A DNA stretch of 64,000 nt from Candidatus Hydrogenedentota bacterium. Its GTDB lineage: Bacteria; Hydrogenedentota; Hydrogenedentia; Hydrogenedentales; CAITNO01. Each line of letters opens with the position of its first letter. Position 1 is the first letter of the stretch. The position numbers and the translations under genes were made by a program. The notes beneath the pieces were generated by a model. That model ran no database searches. It had not been told where the DNA came from and saw nothing but the letters and a program-made list of their open reading frames with translations. Shown here piece after piece: positions 41,127-50,770 of this stretch. Location of the stretch: assembly GCA_029776995.1 (NCBI GenBank), contig JAKOTZ010000197.1, forward strand, positions 168 through 64,167, read 5' to 3'.

Positions 41127-42539
41127 TCATTCGCCCTCGGCGTTTTCGCTGTCCTCGCCGCTTCCCAGCATGCCGTATTTCTGCAGGCGGTACCGCAGGG
41201 ATCTGGGGGTCAGACCCAGCAGTTCAGCGGCCCGCTGCTGAGAGTTTCGGCCGCGCTCTAGGGCCTGCCGGAGATACATTTTTTCTACCTCAGCAACGAC
41301 ACCTTCCAGATCCACGCCCTGAGGAGGAAGGTCCGGCAGCATCGGGGCGGAGGGGGCCGCGGCATTCGACAGCATCAGGTCGCCCGTGTCGATTTCCGGT
41401 CCCCGGGCCAGGGCGAGGGCGCGTTCGACCACGTTGGCCAGTTCCCGGACGTTACCCGGCCAGTCATATTCCTGGAGCATCCGGTAGGCCGCGGGGGTCA
41501 GCTGTTTCGGCGCGCATCCCAGCCGGGCGGCCCGCCGGCGCATGAAATGTTCCACCAGCGGAATGATATCTTCCCGCCGTTCCCGCAGCGGCGGCACGTG
41601 GATCGGGATCACGTTCAGCCGGTAGTACAGGTCTTTCCGGAAGGTGCCCTGTTCGACCATTTCGGCCAGGTCCCGGTTTGTGGCTGAAATGAGCCGCACG
41701 TCTACCTTGATCGGCGTGGTCCCTCCGATCGGCGTCACCATTCCGCTGTCCAGCACCCGCAGCAGCTTGACCTGCAGCATGAGCGGCATCTCGCCGATTT
41801 CGTCCAGGAACACGGTACCGCCGTTGGCTACGACGAACAGCCCTTCTTTATCATCAACCGCTCCGGTGAATGCCCCCTTTCGGTAGCCGAAAAGCTCGCT
41901 TTCCAGCAGGGTCTCCGGAATGCCGCCGCAGTTGATGGCCACGAACGGCTTTTTCGCCCGGGGGCTATGTTCATGCAGGGCGCGGGCCACCAGTTCTTTG
42001 CCGACGCCGCTTTCACCGTAGATCGCCACGGTGCTGGGCAGGCTGGCCACCCGCTGGATCATGTCCTGCACTTCGAGGAATTTAGGGCTGGACCCGACCA
42101 TCTCGTCCTGGGTGGACCGCTGCCGCAGGGCCCAGCGGAGCGCCGCGACCTCCCGGTTCAGGCTCAGTTCCTTCAGGGCGCGGCGGAGGCGGATGCGGAC
42201 TTCATCATTGCTGGGAAACGGCTTGAGGATGAAATCCACGGCGCCTTCCCGCATCGCTTCGATGGCGGTCTCCACCGTGCCGTGCGCCGTGATCATGATG
42301 ACCGGAACCCATGGACAGTGTTCTTTTACCCACGACAGCACCCGAAAACCCGCCCGGCGGTCGTTCTGCATGTACAGGTCGGTCAATACCAGGTTGGGCG
42401 CTTCCGACTGGATTTTCTGGATCGCGTCGTCCGGGTTATCCGCGAAGAGCAGGCGGTAGTCCTCCGAGCTCAGTACGATTTCGAGCAGCTCCCGGACGCC
42501 TGCCTCGTCATCCACAATCAGCAGTGTTTCACCAGCCAT
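41127..42539 (-). CDS. Sigma-54-dependent response regulator (NtrC/PilR family)
   Basis: Receiver domain, an AAA+ sigma-54 activator domain with GAFTGA, and a C-terminal Fis-type HTH. Confidence 0.85.
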   Translation of the reverse strand: MAGETLLIVDDEAGVRELLEIVLSSEDYRLLFADNPDDAIQKIQSEAPNLVLTDLYMQNDRRAGFRVLSWVKEHCPWVPVIMITAHGTVETAIEAMREGAVDFILKPFPSNDEVRIRLRRALKELSLNREVAALRWALRQRSTQDEMVGSSPKFLEVQDMIQRVASLPSTVAIYGESGVGKELVARALHEHSPRAKKPFVAINCGGIPETLLESELFGYRKGAFTGAVDDKEGLFVVANGGTVFLDEIGEMPLMLQVKLLRVLDSGMVTPIGGTTPIKVDVRLISATNRDLAEMVEQGTFRKDLYYRLNVIPIHVPPLRERREDIIPLVEHFMRRRAARLGCAPKQLTPAAYRMLQEYDWPGNVRELANVVERALALARGPEIDTGDLMLSNAAAPSAPMLPDLPPQGVDLEGVVAEVEKMYLRQALERGRNSQQRAAELLGLTPRSLRYRLQKYGMLGSGEDSENAEGE

Positions 42540-42596
42540 GGCCTGATCCTGTCCGTTATCGAATGCGCCTGCCTTTGTTATGCCATAACACGCCCG

Positions 42597-44237
42597 TCAG
42601 AACGAACTGATCAGTCCGTCTGACGCCTCATAAGACGGGAACCGGACAATTACCGCCGCGCCGCCTTCCGCCCGGTTGCCCAGTTGGATGGTGCCGTTCA
42701 TCGCTTCCACGACGCGCTGGCAGATGGAAAGCCCCATGCCGGTGCCCCGCGGCTTTTCCGAATAGAAAGGCTCAAACAGTTTATTGATCTTATCGGGCGG
42801 AAAGCCCGGTCCCTGGTCTTCCACCCGTATTTCCAGCGCGTTTCCCGAGCGGCTGATTCTGACAATGGCTTCGCCGCGGCCGTCCATTGCTTCCATCGCG
42901 TTGTTCAGCAGGTTCATCAGCACCTGTTTCAGCCGCTGGGGGTCTCCCGCCACGCGGCATTCTGTTCCTTCCGGGATGATTTCCACCCGGATAGTCCCTT
43001 CGGGAAAGCGGTACCGGCACGCCTCGGCCGTTTCCATGGCCAGCGCGCACACGTCCACGGGATCCCATACCGTGATCTGGCCCGATCGGCTGAATTCAAG
43101 GAATCCCCCTACCACGCTGTTCAGATGTTCCGATTCCCGGTGGATCATATGGGCCAGGCGCCGGGTCAGTTCTCCTGTTTCCGGAATTCGGGCGAGTTCT
43201 TCCGCGGCGCCCCGGATCGTCGTTACAGGGTTCCGGATTTCGTGGGCCAGTTCCGCGGACAGTTCGCCGAGTACCGCCAGGTGGGCGTGGCGCTGCACCT
43301 CCTCCCGCATCCGCGCCATTTCGGTCAGGTCCGAGAAGGAGACGATGAGCAGGTGTTCCTTCCGGTGGTCTGACGGGGAGATCCGGTTTGTGGTCAGACC
43401 GATAACCCGCGTTCCCGACGGCGTTACCGCCCTGAACTCGTGGCTGATGTAGTCAATCTGTTTTTTCAGCGCCGTCAGCACGGGGCATTCCATGCCGGCT
43501 TCCGGCACTAAAACCGTTTCCACGGGTTTCCCCATGCATTTATCCGCGCTGCAGCCCAGGATTCGTTCCGCCGCCTGGTTCATGCCCAGAAGGCGTCCGT
43601 TGGGGTCCACCACCAGGAACCCGTTGTTCATGCGGTCCAGCACGTCGCGCTGGAACTGGGCCATCCGGTTGAGCCAGAAATTCCACAAACCGCTGATGAA
43701 GGCAATCGCGATCAGGCACAGAAAGATCAGCGTCTGGTCGTAGACGTGGAACAGGCGGTCGAGGTCGCCAGCGGGCCACGGGTAGGACGCGCCCCAAAGG
43801 AACAGGGATGAAAGAATCGTGAAAAATACCGCGGGAACCACACCCAGGAACAGCCCCGCCTCAAAGACCACCAGCAGCAGCAGGTACGTGGAGGCTCCTT
43901 TGATGTTGCCCGTAAAGCCGATTACCAGGCACACCAGCGCAAGGTCCAGGAAGATCTGCGCCCAGACCGCCAGGACCGGAAGACGGCTGCGCCGACCCTG
44001 CAGGAAAAGCAGATACGAAGCCCACCCCAGGCAGATAAACCCCGTGCCGAAAATGAATATCTGGAGAAATGGATGGCGCGGCAAAATGGCCGTGAAGGAA
44101 TTGGTCATGGCCATCAGGATGATGAGAATCCGGATCACGGCGGCCGCCGTCAACCAGCGGTGCGGCGCGAAAGGCGAAAGATACAGGTGAGCCGACCGGA
44201 CTCCCGATCCCTGTGATTCCGCCGGCGCGGGTGGCAT
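42597..44237 (-). CDS. Membrane sensor histidine kinase (PilS-like) partnered with the sigma-54 regulator
   Basis: Multi-pass transmembrane N-terminus, a PAS-like region, a HisKA H-box (LSAELAHEIRNP) and an HATPase_c domain. Confidence 0.8.
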   Translation of the reverse strand: MPPAPAESQGSGVRSAHLYLSPFAPHRWLTAAAVIRILIILMAMTNSFTAILPRHPFLQIFIFGTGFICLGWASYLLFLQGRRSRLPVLAVWAQIFLDLALVCLVIGFTGNIKGASTYLLLLVVFEAGLFLGVVPAVFFTILSSLFLWGASYPWPAGDLDRLFHVYDQTLIFLCLIAIAFISGLWNFWLNRMAQFQRDVLDRMNNGFLVVDPNGRLLGMNQAAERILGCSADKCMGKPVETVLVPEAGMECPVLTALKKQIDYISHEFRAVTPSGTRVIGLTTNRISPSDHRKEHLLIVSFSDLTEMARMREEVQRHAHLAVLGELSAELAHEIRNPVTTIRGAAEELARIPETGELTRRLAHMIHRESEHLNSVVGGFLEFSRSGQITVWDPVDVCALAMETAEACRYRFPEGTIRVEIIPEGTECRVAGDPQRLKQVLMNLLNNAMEAMDGRGEAIVRISRSGNALEIRVEDQGPGFPPDKINKLFEPFYSEKPRGTGMGLSICQRVVEAMNGTIQLGNRAEGGAAVIVRFPSYEASDGLISSF

Positions 44238-45322
44238 TACTCCCGCATTCCCTTTTCAACGAGGCTCTGCAACCCCTCCGGATCCATGCTGCGCTTAAAG
44301 GCCATTTCGGCGGTGATTACGCCCCGGCGCATCAGCCGGTAAAGCGACTGGTTCATCGTCATCATGCCCTCGCCTTTGCCGATTTCGATCATCGAGGGGA
44401 TCTGTTCCAGTTTTTCCTGCCGGATCAGCGACCGGATGGCCGTGTTGGGGATCATGATTTCCATCGCCAGTACCCGCCCCAGACCGTCCGCCCGGGGGAT
44501 CAGCTGCTGGACGACCACCCCCTCCAGCACGAAGGACAGCTGGGTGCGCACCTGCGCCTGCTGCGACGACGGAAACACGTCCACGATGCGGTTGATGGTC
44601 TGCAGCGCATCGTTGGTGTGCAGCGTGGCAAAGCACAGGTGGCCCGTTTCCGCCACGGTCAGCGCGGCCTGGATCGTTTCCGGGTCCCGCATTTCGCCGA
44701 TCAGAATCACGTCGGGATCCTGCCGGAGCACGTGTTTAAGCGCCGCGTTGAAACTCTTGGTGTCGGCGCCGACCTCCCGCTGGTTGATCACCGACAGCTT
44801 ATGCGTATGCAGGTATTCAATCGGGTCCTCAATCGTGATGATGTGGCATTTGCGTTCCCGGTTGATCTTGTCCAGAATAGCCGCCAGCGTCGTGGATTTG
44901 CCGCTGCCGGTGGGGCCGCACACCAGCACCAGGCCCAGGGGACGGTAGGCGAAATCGGCTATTACCCGGGGAAGCCCCAGCTGTTCGAAGGAAAGAATTT
45001 CATAGGGAATCGCGCGGAACGCGGCAACCACTGATCCCCGGTCCCGGTACACGTTCAGACGGAAGCGGCTCAGCCCCGCAATCCCGAAGGACAGGTCGCA
45101 CTCCTTTTCATCTTCGAAGTGCGCGATCTGGTCTTCATTCATTACGCTGTAAATCAGGTCGCGCGTCTGGTCAGCGGTGAGAGGCGGGTAATTCTCAATA
45201 GGCTCCAGCGAACCGTGGATCCGGAGCATGGGGGGCGCGCCTACCACAATGTGCAGGTCGCTCGCGCCGTCCTGGATCATCCGGGTCAGCATTTCTTTAA
45301 TACTCAGCACCGGCTGCACCAT
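44237..45322 (-). CDS. pilT: Type IV pilus retraction ATPase PilT
   Basis: Walker A (GPTGSGKSTT), the IITIEDPIE motif and a His box. Confidence 0.9.
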   Translation of the reverse strand: MVQPVLSIKEMLTRMIQDGASDLHIVVGAPPMLRIHGSLEPIENYPPLTADQTRDLIYSVMNEDQIAHFEDEKECDLSFGIAGLSRFRLNVYRDRGSVVAAFRAIPYEILSFEQLGLPRVIADFAYRPLGLVLVCGPTGSGKSTTLAAILDKINRERKCHIITIEDPIEYLHTHKLSVINQREVGADTKSFNAALKHVLRQDPDVILIGEMRDPETIQAALTVAETGHLCFATLHTNDALQTINRIVDVFPSSQQAQVRTQLSFVLEGVVVQQLIPRADGLGRVLAMEIMIPNTAIRSLIRQEKLEQIPSMIEIGKGEGMMTMNQSLYRLMRRGVITAEMAFKRSMDPEGLQSLVEKGMRE

Positions 45323-45422
45323 ACCGTCTTACCTCCGCGATAAAATCTTTGCCACGATGACAATAGTCTACCTGTTTCGCCGGATGGCGCGAAACCTGCC
45401 TTGCCCTGAACCTCACGGCATA

Positions 45423-47144
45423 TCAATCCGCGATGGTATGTTCGAGCACCTGCTCGATCGAAGTCACCCCTCTGGCCGCCTTGGCCAGGCCCGCCTGGCG
45501 CAGGGTCTGCATGCCGCATTTCACGGCGGCTTCCTTGATCTGCTGGCCCGACGCGCGCTTAAGCACCAGCGGCTGGATTTCAGGCCAGTTCAGCATCACC
45601 TCGATGATGGCCGTCCGGCCCTTATAGCCGGTCTCTTTACACTTTGCACAGCCCCGGCCGTGGACAAACTGCGGTTCGGGAATGTAATCGAATCCGTGGT
45701 ACTGGATCCGCTCCAGCACGTCCTCCGGCATGTCAATGGGCTCTTTGCATTCTGAGCAGACCCGTTTCAGCAGGCGTTGCGCCGCCGCCAGCGCGACCGA
45801 CGACTGCACCAGGAACGGTTCCACGCCCATATCAATCAGACGCGGGAAGACGCCCGCCGCGTCATTCGTGTGCAGCGTGCTCAGCACCAGGTGGCCGGTA
45901 AGCGCCGCCTTGACGGCCACGTCTGCGGTTTCGCTGTCGCGGATCTCGCCCACCATCACCACGTCGGGGTCCTGGCGCAGGATCTGCCGCAGCGCCTCCG
46001 CGAAAGTGAACCCGATCTGATGCTTCACCTGTACCTGGTTGACTCCATACAGCTCGTATTCGATCGGGTCTTCTACCGTCACGATGTTCATGTCCGGCGT
46101 GTTAAGCTTATGCAGCGCGCTGTACAGGGTGGTCGTTTTACCGCTGCCCGTCGGACCGGTGAGCAGGATCATCCCGTGGGGCATGTTCAGCGCTTCCTGG
46201 AAGGCGGCCATCGCCTGCGGCTCGAAATCCAGCTTTTCTAGGTCCAGGGTCAGCTGGCTTTGGTCCAGCACGCGGAGCACCACCTTCTCCCCGTATTTGC
46301 AGGGCAGGAACGCCACGCGGAAATCCACGTCCCGGCCTTTGAACCGCATCCGGCAGCGGCCGTCCTGCGGCAGGCGGTGCTCGTCAATCCGGCATCCCGA
46401 CAGGATTTTCAGGCGGGCCACAATATTGGGAAACACGCTTTTCGGCGGCGCTTTGGCCTCTTCCAGTGTCCCGTCCACGCGGTAGCGGATGCGCATGTTC
46501 TTTTCGAACGGCTCGATATGGATATCGCTTGCGCCCCGTTCCAGCGCGTTGAATACGATAAGCCGTGTCAGCTGCTTGATCGGTTCGTCTTCCGCTGATG
46601 ATGCCGTCAGCGAGACGTCTTCAACTTCTTCTTCCGGGGCGTTGACCTCTTCCACTTCAGCCTGGCGGTCCAGCCCCTCGTTGATGGTCTTGAGGATATC
46701 GTCCGCTTTACCGCCGCCGTAATTCTGGTCGATAGCCTGGGTCAGCTCGGACATCACGGCGACCATCGGCTCGATTTCGTGCCCCGTGACAATCCGCAGA
46801 TCATCAATCGCCATAATGTTCAGCGGGTCCACCATGGCCAGGGTGAGCACATCGCCCGTCAGGGACAGCGGCAACACATGGTACTGGCGCGCCAGCGCTT
46901 CCGGAACCGTTTCCAGCACTTCCTTGGGGACCCGGTAATTCAGTACGCGGATGTGCGGAATGCCCAGGTGCTCGCTCAGCGTCACCACCAGGTCTTCTTC
47001 GCTCAGGTATTCTTTTTCGACCAGCAGTTGCGGCAGGCTTTTGCCCGTCCGGCGGTGCAGCGCCAGACATTCTTTGATCTGTTCCGCCGATACCAGCTGT
47101 TCTTCCAGCAGCATGTCTTCCAGTTTTTTGCGCTGTACTTTCAT
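45423..47144 (-). CDS. pilB: Type IV pilus assembly ATPase PilB (GspE family)
   Basis: N-terminal T2SSE_N domain, Walker A (GPTGSGKTTT), and a tetracysteine motif (CxxC ... CxxC). Confidence 0.85.
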   Translation of the reverse strand: MKVQRKKLEDMLLEEQLVSAEQIKECLALHRRTGKSLPQLLVEKEYLSEEDLVVTLSEHLGIPHIRVLNYRVPKEVLETVPEALARQYHVLPLSLTGDVLTLAMVDPLNIMAIDDLRIVTGHEIEPMVAVMSELTQAIDQNYGGGKADDILKTINEGLDRQAEVEEVNAPEEEVEDVSLTASSAEDEPIKQLTRLIVFNALERGASDIHIEPFEKNMRIRYRVDGTLEEAKAPPKSVFPNIVARLKILSGCRIDEHRLPQDGRCRMRFKGRDVDFRVAFLPCKYGEKVVLRVLDQSQLTLDLEKLDFEPQAMAAFQEALNMPHGMILLTGPTGSGKTTTLYSALHKLNTPDMNIVTVEDPIEYELYGVNQVQVKHQIGFTFAEALRQILRQDPDVVMVGEIRDSETADVAVKAALTGHLVLSTLHTNDAAGVFPRLIDMGVEPFLVQSSVALAAAQRLLKRVCSECKEPIDMPEDVLERIQYHGFDYIPEPQFVHGRGCAKCKETGYKGRTAIIEVMLNWPEIQPLVLKRASGQQIKEAAVKCGMQTLRQAGLAKAARGVTSIEQVLEHTIAD

Positions 47145-47234
47145 TTCAGCAACCTTTCCCCGTTTCCGCAGCCACCTCGCCCTTAAAAAGAACTTTTCTC
47201 AAAATTCCATATACTATTTTACCATTTTTTTACC

Positions 47235-50126
47235 TCACGCCGCAGCTTCCGCACCTAAATGGTTCAACATTTCCTGCGCCATCTCCACGGTCAGGTCCTG
47301 TCCGATCAGTTTCGCGAAGGCCGCAATCTTTTTCAGCGCGCCGGTCATCTTCCGCACGTCGCCCGGAACCCGCATCGCGATGACCCCCAGCACCTCTTCC
47401 GGAACGGCCACGCCCAATTCCGAGGTCCGGTGCCGCAGGATCTTCATGCGCGTTTCCCATTCCGGCGCTTTCAGTTCCGCGACGATCCCGCTGGCAAACC
47501 GTGAAACCAGCCGCTGTTCCAGCAGGCCCAGACGGTCCGGCGCCTTGTCCACCACTATAATAATCTGTCTTTGCTCCTGGTGTAAAGCATTGAAAATATG
47601 GAAAAATTCCTCCTGCGCTTCAACCCTTCCCCCCAGGAACTGGATATCGTCCAGGATCAGCACATCCCAGTGGCAGTAATTCTCCCGGAACGCGTCCAGG
47701 GCGTTTTCGGCGGCGGCTTCCGCCAGGCGGCGGGCAAAGCGGCTTGCTGAAACGTAGCCCACCCGGGGCGGACTTCCTTTTTTTCCCTTTTGCCGCAGGA
47801 TGGCATTGCCGATCGCGCACACCAGATGGGTTTTGCCTGTTCCCACGCTTCCGTAAAGAAACAGCGGATTGTATTCACCCCCCGGGGATTCCGCCACGGC
47901 CTGGGCGATCTTGAAGGTGAACGCGTTGGCCGCCCCGGGGAAAAAGGTTTCAAAGGTCAGCGTCGCCAGCGGCTGTTCCGATTCCAGGGCCGCCAGCATT
48001 TTTTCATCGGCTTCGGCCCAGGCCTGGTCCGCTTCGGCAGACGGGCCGGGAGGGCCGCCAAACGGCGCGACCGACGCCAGCCGTTCTTTTTTCCGGCGGA
48101 CCTGGTCCTGCCGGTTGGCTTCCTCCATCAGGTGGCGTTCCAGCAGTTCAGCCACCTGCCGGGCAGACTGCCCGGCTGCTTCCGCCAGTTGCGCGAGGCG
48201 TTCCTGGCGCTCAGTCTGGTCTGATTTCACGTCGGTCAGGGAGGCCAGGGTTGCTTCAGCGAGCTGGGCCAGGCGGTTTTCCTGCGCTTCCCGGGATGCG
48301 CGCGTTTCCCGGACCACGGTTTCCAGGGCTTCCCGCATGGCTTCCGCCAGCGCGGATTCCCGGGTTTCCGACCGCTCCGCGATGGACGCCACCGCTTCCC
48401 GGACGGCATGCTGCAGCCGTTCCGCCAGCGCGCTCAGGGCTTCCTGTTCCGCCTCGGCGGATTTATCGCGCTGGGTCAGGGCCGCTTTCATCTGGACCAG
48501 CATGGCCGACATGGCCTCTTCGACGGCCGTGCCGACCCCTTCCTGCAGGCTGTGGGCCAGCCTGTCCCAGTCCGGCGGAGCCAGTTCCTGCCGCATGCCC
48601 GACAGCGCTTCCGATGTTTTTTGCAGCGTTTCTCCGACCGGTTCCATCGCGTCCCGAACCGCCGCCTTCACGGCCTCCCGCGTGGCCTGCGCCCAGGATT
48701 CCACATCGATCTGCGGCGGCTGGGGCCGTTCGGCTTCCTGGGCCATCAGTTGCCGGATCGGATCGCTCAGCGCGTTTACCGCGCTGGAGATGGTTCCCGC
48801 CACGGAGTTTTCCAGGTCTTCCGTGAGCTGTTTCAGCGCCTGTTGCAGCGTCGCGCCCTGGTCCGCCGGATCGTTAGCGGCCGGCGGACGGAGGGTTTCG
48901 CTCAGCGGCGCCAAACCGTCCCGCACCGCCTGGGCGACGGCGGTCCGCAAAGCATCCAGGTCCAGCGCGGAGGGGACAGCCGGAGCGTTTTGTTCGCGGG
49001 GCTCCGGGGGTGGCGCCGCGTTCTCCCTAACCCGGACGGCTTCAGCGACCGCTTCCCGGATTTCTGAAGCCAGCGATGAAAACGACGCGCTGATCTGTTC
49101 CTGAAACGCATCAAACGCGGGCCTGAGCAGTGCCGCGGGATCCGCCGGCGCGGCCGGAGCCGCAGGTTCCGCGGGAGCAGGCTGCAGGGCGGATTTCAGT
49201 TCGATGAGGCTTTCCCGGAATGCCGCCTGCATGGCCGTCGCCAGGCTTCTGGCCAGTGCGTCCGGGTCCATCGGCGGCGCCATGGCCGCCGCATCGTGGG
49301 CCGGTTGCGGCGGGGCGATCCGGATAGGTTTTTCGGCGTGTTCCTCCCGGGGGATCTCCGCTGGAGGCGTTTCGGTATACGTTTCCAGTTCCGCGGACGC
49401 GGCGCGCTCTGATTCCCGGATCGTGATTTTTTCCGGAGGGGCCGCGGGCGCTGCCGCGGGCGGGGTTTCCGCCTTCGGCGGAGGGGCGGCCGTTCCTCCG
49501 GCCGCGTGGGGTATGCCAAACGAGGCCGCATCTTTTTTGGGTTTCTTCCCGAACTGCCGTTCCACCACCGTGGCGAAGTGGTCCCAGTCGCACAGGATCG
49601 GTTTAATCCGCAGGTTGGGGCACAATCCCCGCACTTCATCCAGGGCAGCCTCGTCGAGGGGATCGATCATGGCCACGGTCAGGATACGCCCCAACTTGTC
49701 TATGGGCAGCAGTTTCAGCCGCAGGCAGACTTCTTCCGGCACCAGTTCCAGCGCCTGCTTATTGATGCTGTAGTCCAGCAGGTTCAGGTGGGGAATATTG
49801 AACTGTTTGACCACGAACTGCCGAATTGTGTCGTGGGTAACGTACCCCAGGGCCACAAGGCTCTGGCCCAGAAATCCCCCGTGTTCCTGCTGGTGCCTGA
49901 GTCCCTCAGCCAGCTGCTGGGCGGTTATGATGCCTTCTTCCACCAGCATCTCACCCAGCTTTTTCCGTTCCGGCGCCTGGCCGGATGGGTGCGGGACCGC
50001 GCGGCTCATTACCATTACCGGGCTCTCCGATGGCACGTATTCCAGTACGCGTATTGTAGCACGGCTGATCCTCTCGCGGGGAAGGTTTATGGTCGTGGTT
50101 CGGTCGGTATCCCGGCGGATTTCCAA
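47235..50126 (-). CDS. Large fusion protein: N-terminal GspE-N/MshEN-like domain, a long Ala/Pro/Glu-rich coiled-coil linker, and a C-terminal DnaA domain-III-like AAA+ ATPase (Hda-like, lacking DnaA domain IV)
   Basis: N-terminal motif KKLGEMLVEEGIITAQQLAEGLRHQ. The C-terminus reads TFETFFPGAANAFTFKIAQAVAESPGGEYNPLFLYGSVGTGKTHL ... ILDDIQFL, matching DnaA domain III, but there is no HTH after it. The true start may be about 50009 (MSRAV...). Confidence 0.7.
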   Translation of the reverse strand: MEIRRDTDRTTTINLPRERISRATIRVLEYVPSESPVMVMSRAVPHPSGQAPERKKLGEMLVEEGIITAQQLAEGLRHQQEHGGFLGQSLVALGYVTHDTIRQFVVKQFNIPHLNLLDYSINKQALELVPEEVCLRLKLLPIDKLGRILTVAMIDPLDEAALDEVRGLCPNLRIKPILCDWDHFATVVERQFGKKPKKDAASFGIPHAAGGTAAPPPKAETPPAAAPAAPPEKITIRESERAASAELETYTETPPAEIPREEHAEKPIRIAPPQPAHDAAAMAPPMDPDALARSLATAMQAAFRESLIELKSALQPAPAEPAAPAAPADPAALLRPAFDAFQEQISASFSSLASEIREAVAEAVRVRENAAPPPEPREQNAPAVPSALDLDALRTAVAQAVRDGLAPLSETLRPPAANDPADQGATLQQALKQLTEDLENSVAGTISSAVNALSDPIRQLMAQEAERPQPPQIDVESWAQATREAVKAAVRDAMEPVGETLQKTSEALSGMRQELAPPDWDRLAHSLQEGVGTAVEEAMSAMLVQMKAALTQRDKSAEAEQEALSALAERLQHAVREAVASIAERSETRESALAEAMREALETVVRETRASREAQENRLAQLAEATLASLTDVKSDQTERQERLAQLAEAAGQSARQVAELLERHLMEEANRQDQVRRKKERLASVAPFGGPPGPSAEADQAWAEADEKMLAALESEQPLATLTFETFFPGAANAFTFKIAQAVAESPGGEYNPLFLYGSVGTGKTHLVCAIGNAILRQKGKKGSPPRVGYVSASRFARRLAEAAAENALDAFRENYCHWDVLILDDIQFLGGRVEAQEEFFHIFNALHQEQRQIIIVVDKAPDRLGLLEQRLVSRFASGIVAELKAPEWETRMKILRHRTSELGVAVPEEVLGVIAMRVPGDVRKMTGALKKIAAFAKLIGQDLTVEMAQEMLNHLGAEAAA

Positions 50127-50184
50127 AAAAGATTTGACTTTATTATGGGCATATGCTTATAATTGGATGGAAAGGACACAGCTT

Positions 50185-50718
50185 ATGCCCAGGCCCTGCC
50201 GCTGCAGAAAAATAGCCCATCTGGTTTCGTGGAACCGCTTCATCCCCCAAATCGGCGCGGAGAATATTTCGGAAGCCGGCGAAGTGGTCCTGACCCATGA
50301 TGAGCTGGAAGCCATTCGCCTGGCGGATCTCAGCGGGCTGTACCAGGAGGACGCGGCGAAGCTCATGAACGTTTCCCGCCAGACCTTCGCGCGGATCGTC
50401 GAGGCGGCCAGGCGTAAAGTGGCTGAGGCACTGTGCGAGGGAAAAGCAATACGCGTCGAAGGCGGCGCGGTGGAGGTTTGCCCTATGCGTAAATTCTGTT
50501 GCGCCAAGTGTGGTCACGGTTGGGAAGTTCCCCATGGGTCCGGACGTCCTGCCGGCTGTCCCGCCTGCGGGAGCGCGGCGTTTCACAGGAGCCCCGAGGA
50601 CCGGGGGTACGCCCGGAACGGTCCGCGTTGCCGCCGGGGTAATCGGGAAGGATGCGGCAGGACCGGCGGGGGACGGGGAAGGGCTGGTTTTTCCGCCGGG
50701 GATCCGGCTGAGCGATAA
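50185..50718 (+). CDS. DUF134/UPF0251 family putative DNA-binding protein with a C-terminal Cys-rich zinc-ribbon-like tail
   Basis: N-terminus MPRPCRCRKIAHLP..., HTH-like region (QEDAAKLMNVSRQTFARIV), and a C-terminal CxxC...CxxC motif. Confidence 0.65.
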   Translation: MPRPCRCRKIAHLVSWNRFIPQIGAENISEAGEVVLTHDELEAIRLADLSGLYQEDAAKLMNVSRQTFARIVEAARRKVAEALCEGKAIRVEGGAVEVCPMRKFCCAKCGHGWEVPHGSGRPAGCPACGSAAFHRSPEDRGYARNGPRCRRGNREGCGRTGGGRGRAGFSAGDPAER

Positions 50719-50770
50719 CGGGAACTGAAATGTACAGGTCAGTCCACACGTATAGCAAAGGAGCCTTTTT

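Noticed and set aside
47869-49104. 411-aa + strand ORF, plus other Ser/Ala/Arg-rich ORFs, opposite the MshEN-DnaA-like gene
   Set aside because: Antisense artefacts of the GC- and Ala-rich coiled-coil coding region.
47235-50126. Calling this gene dnaA and the adjacent region oriC
   Set aside because: DNA-binding domain IV is absent, the N-terminus is a GspE-N domain, and there is no dnaN neighbour. I also saw no obvious DnaA-box cluster.
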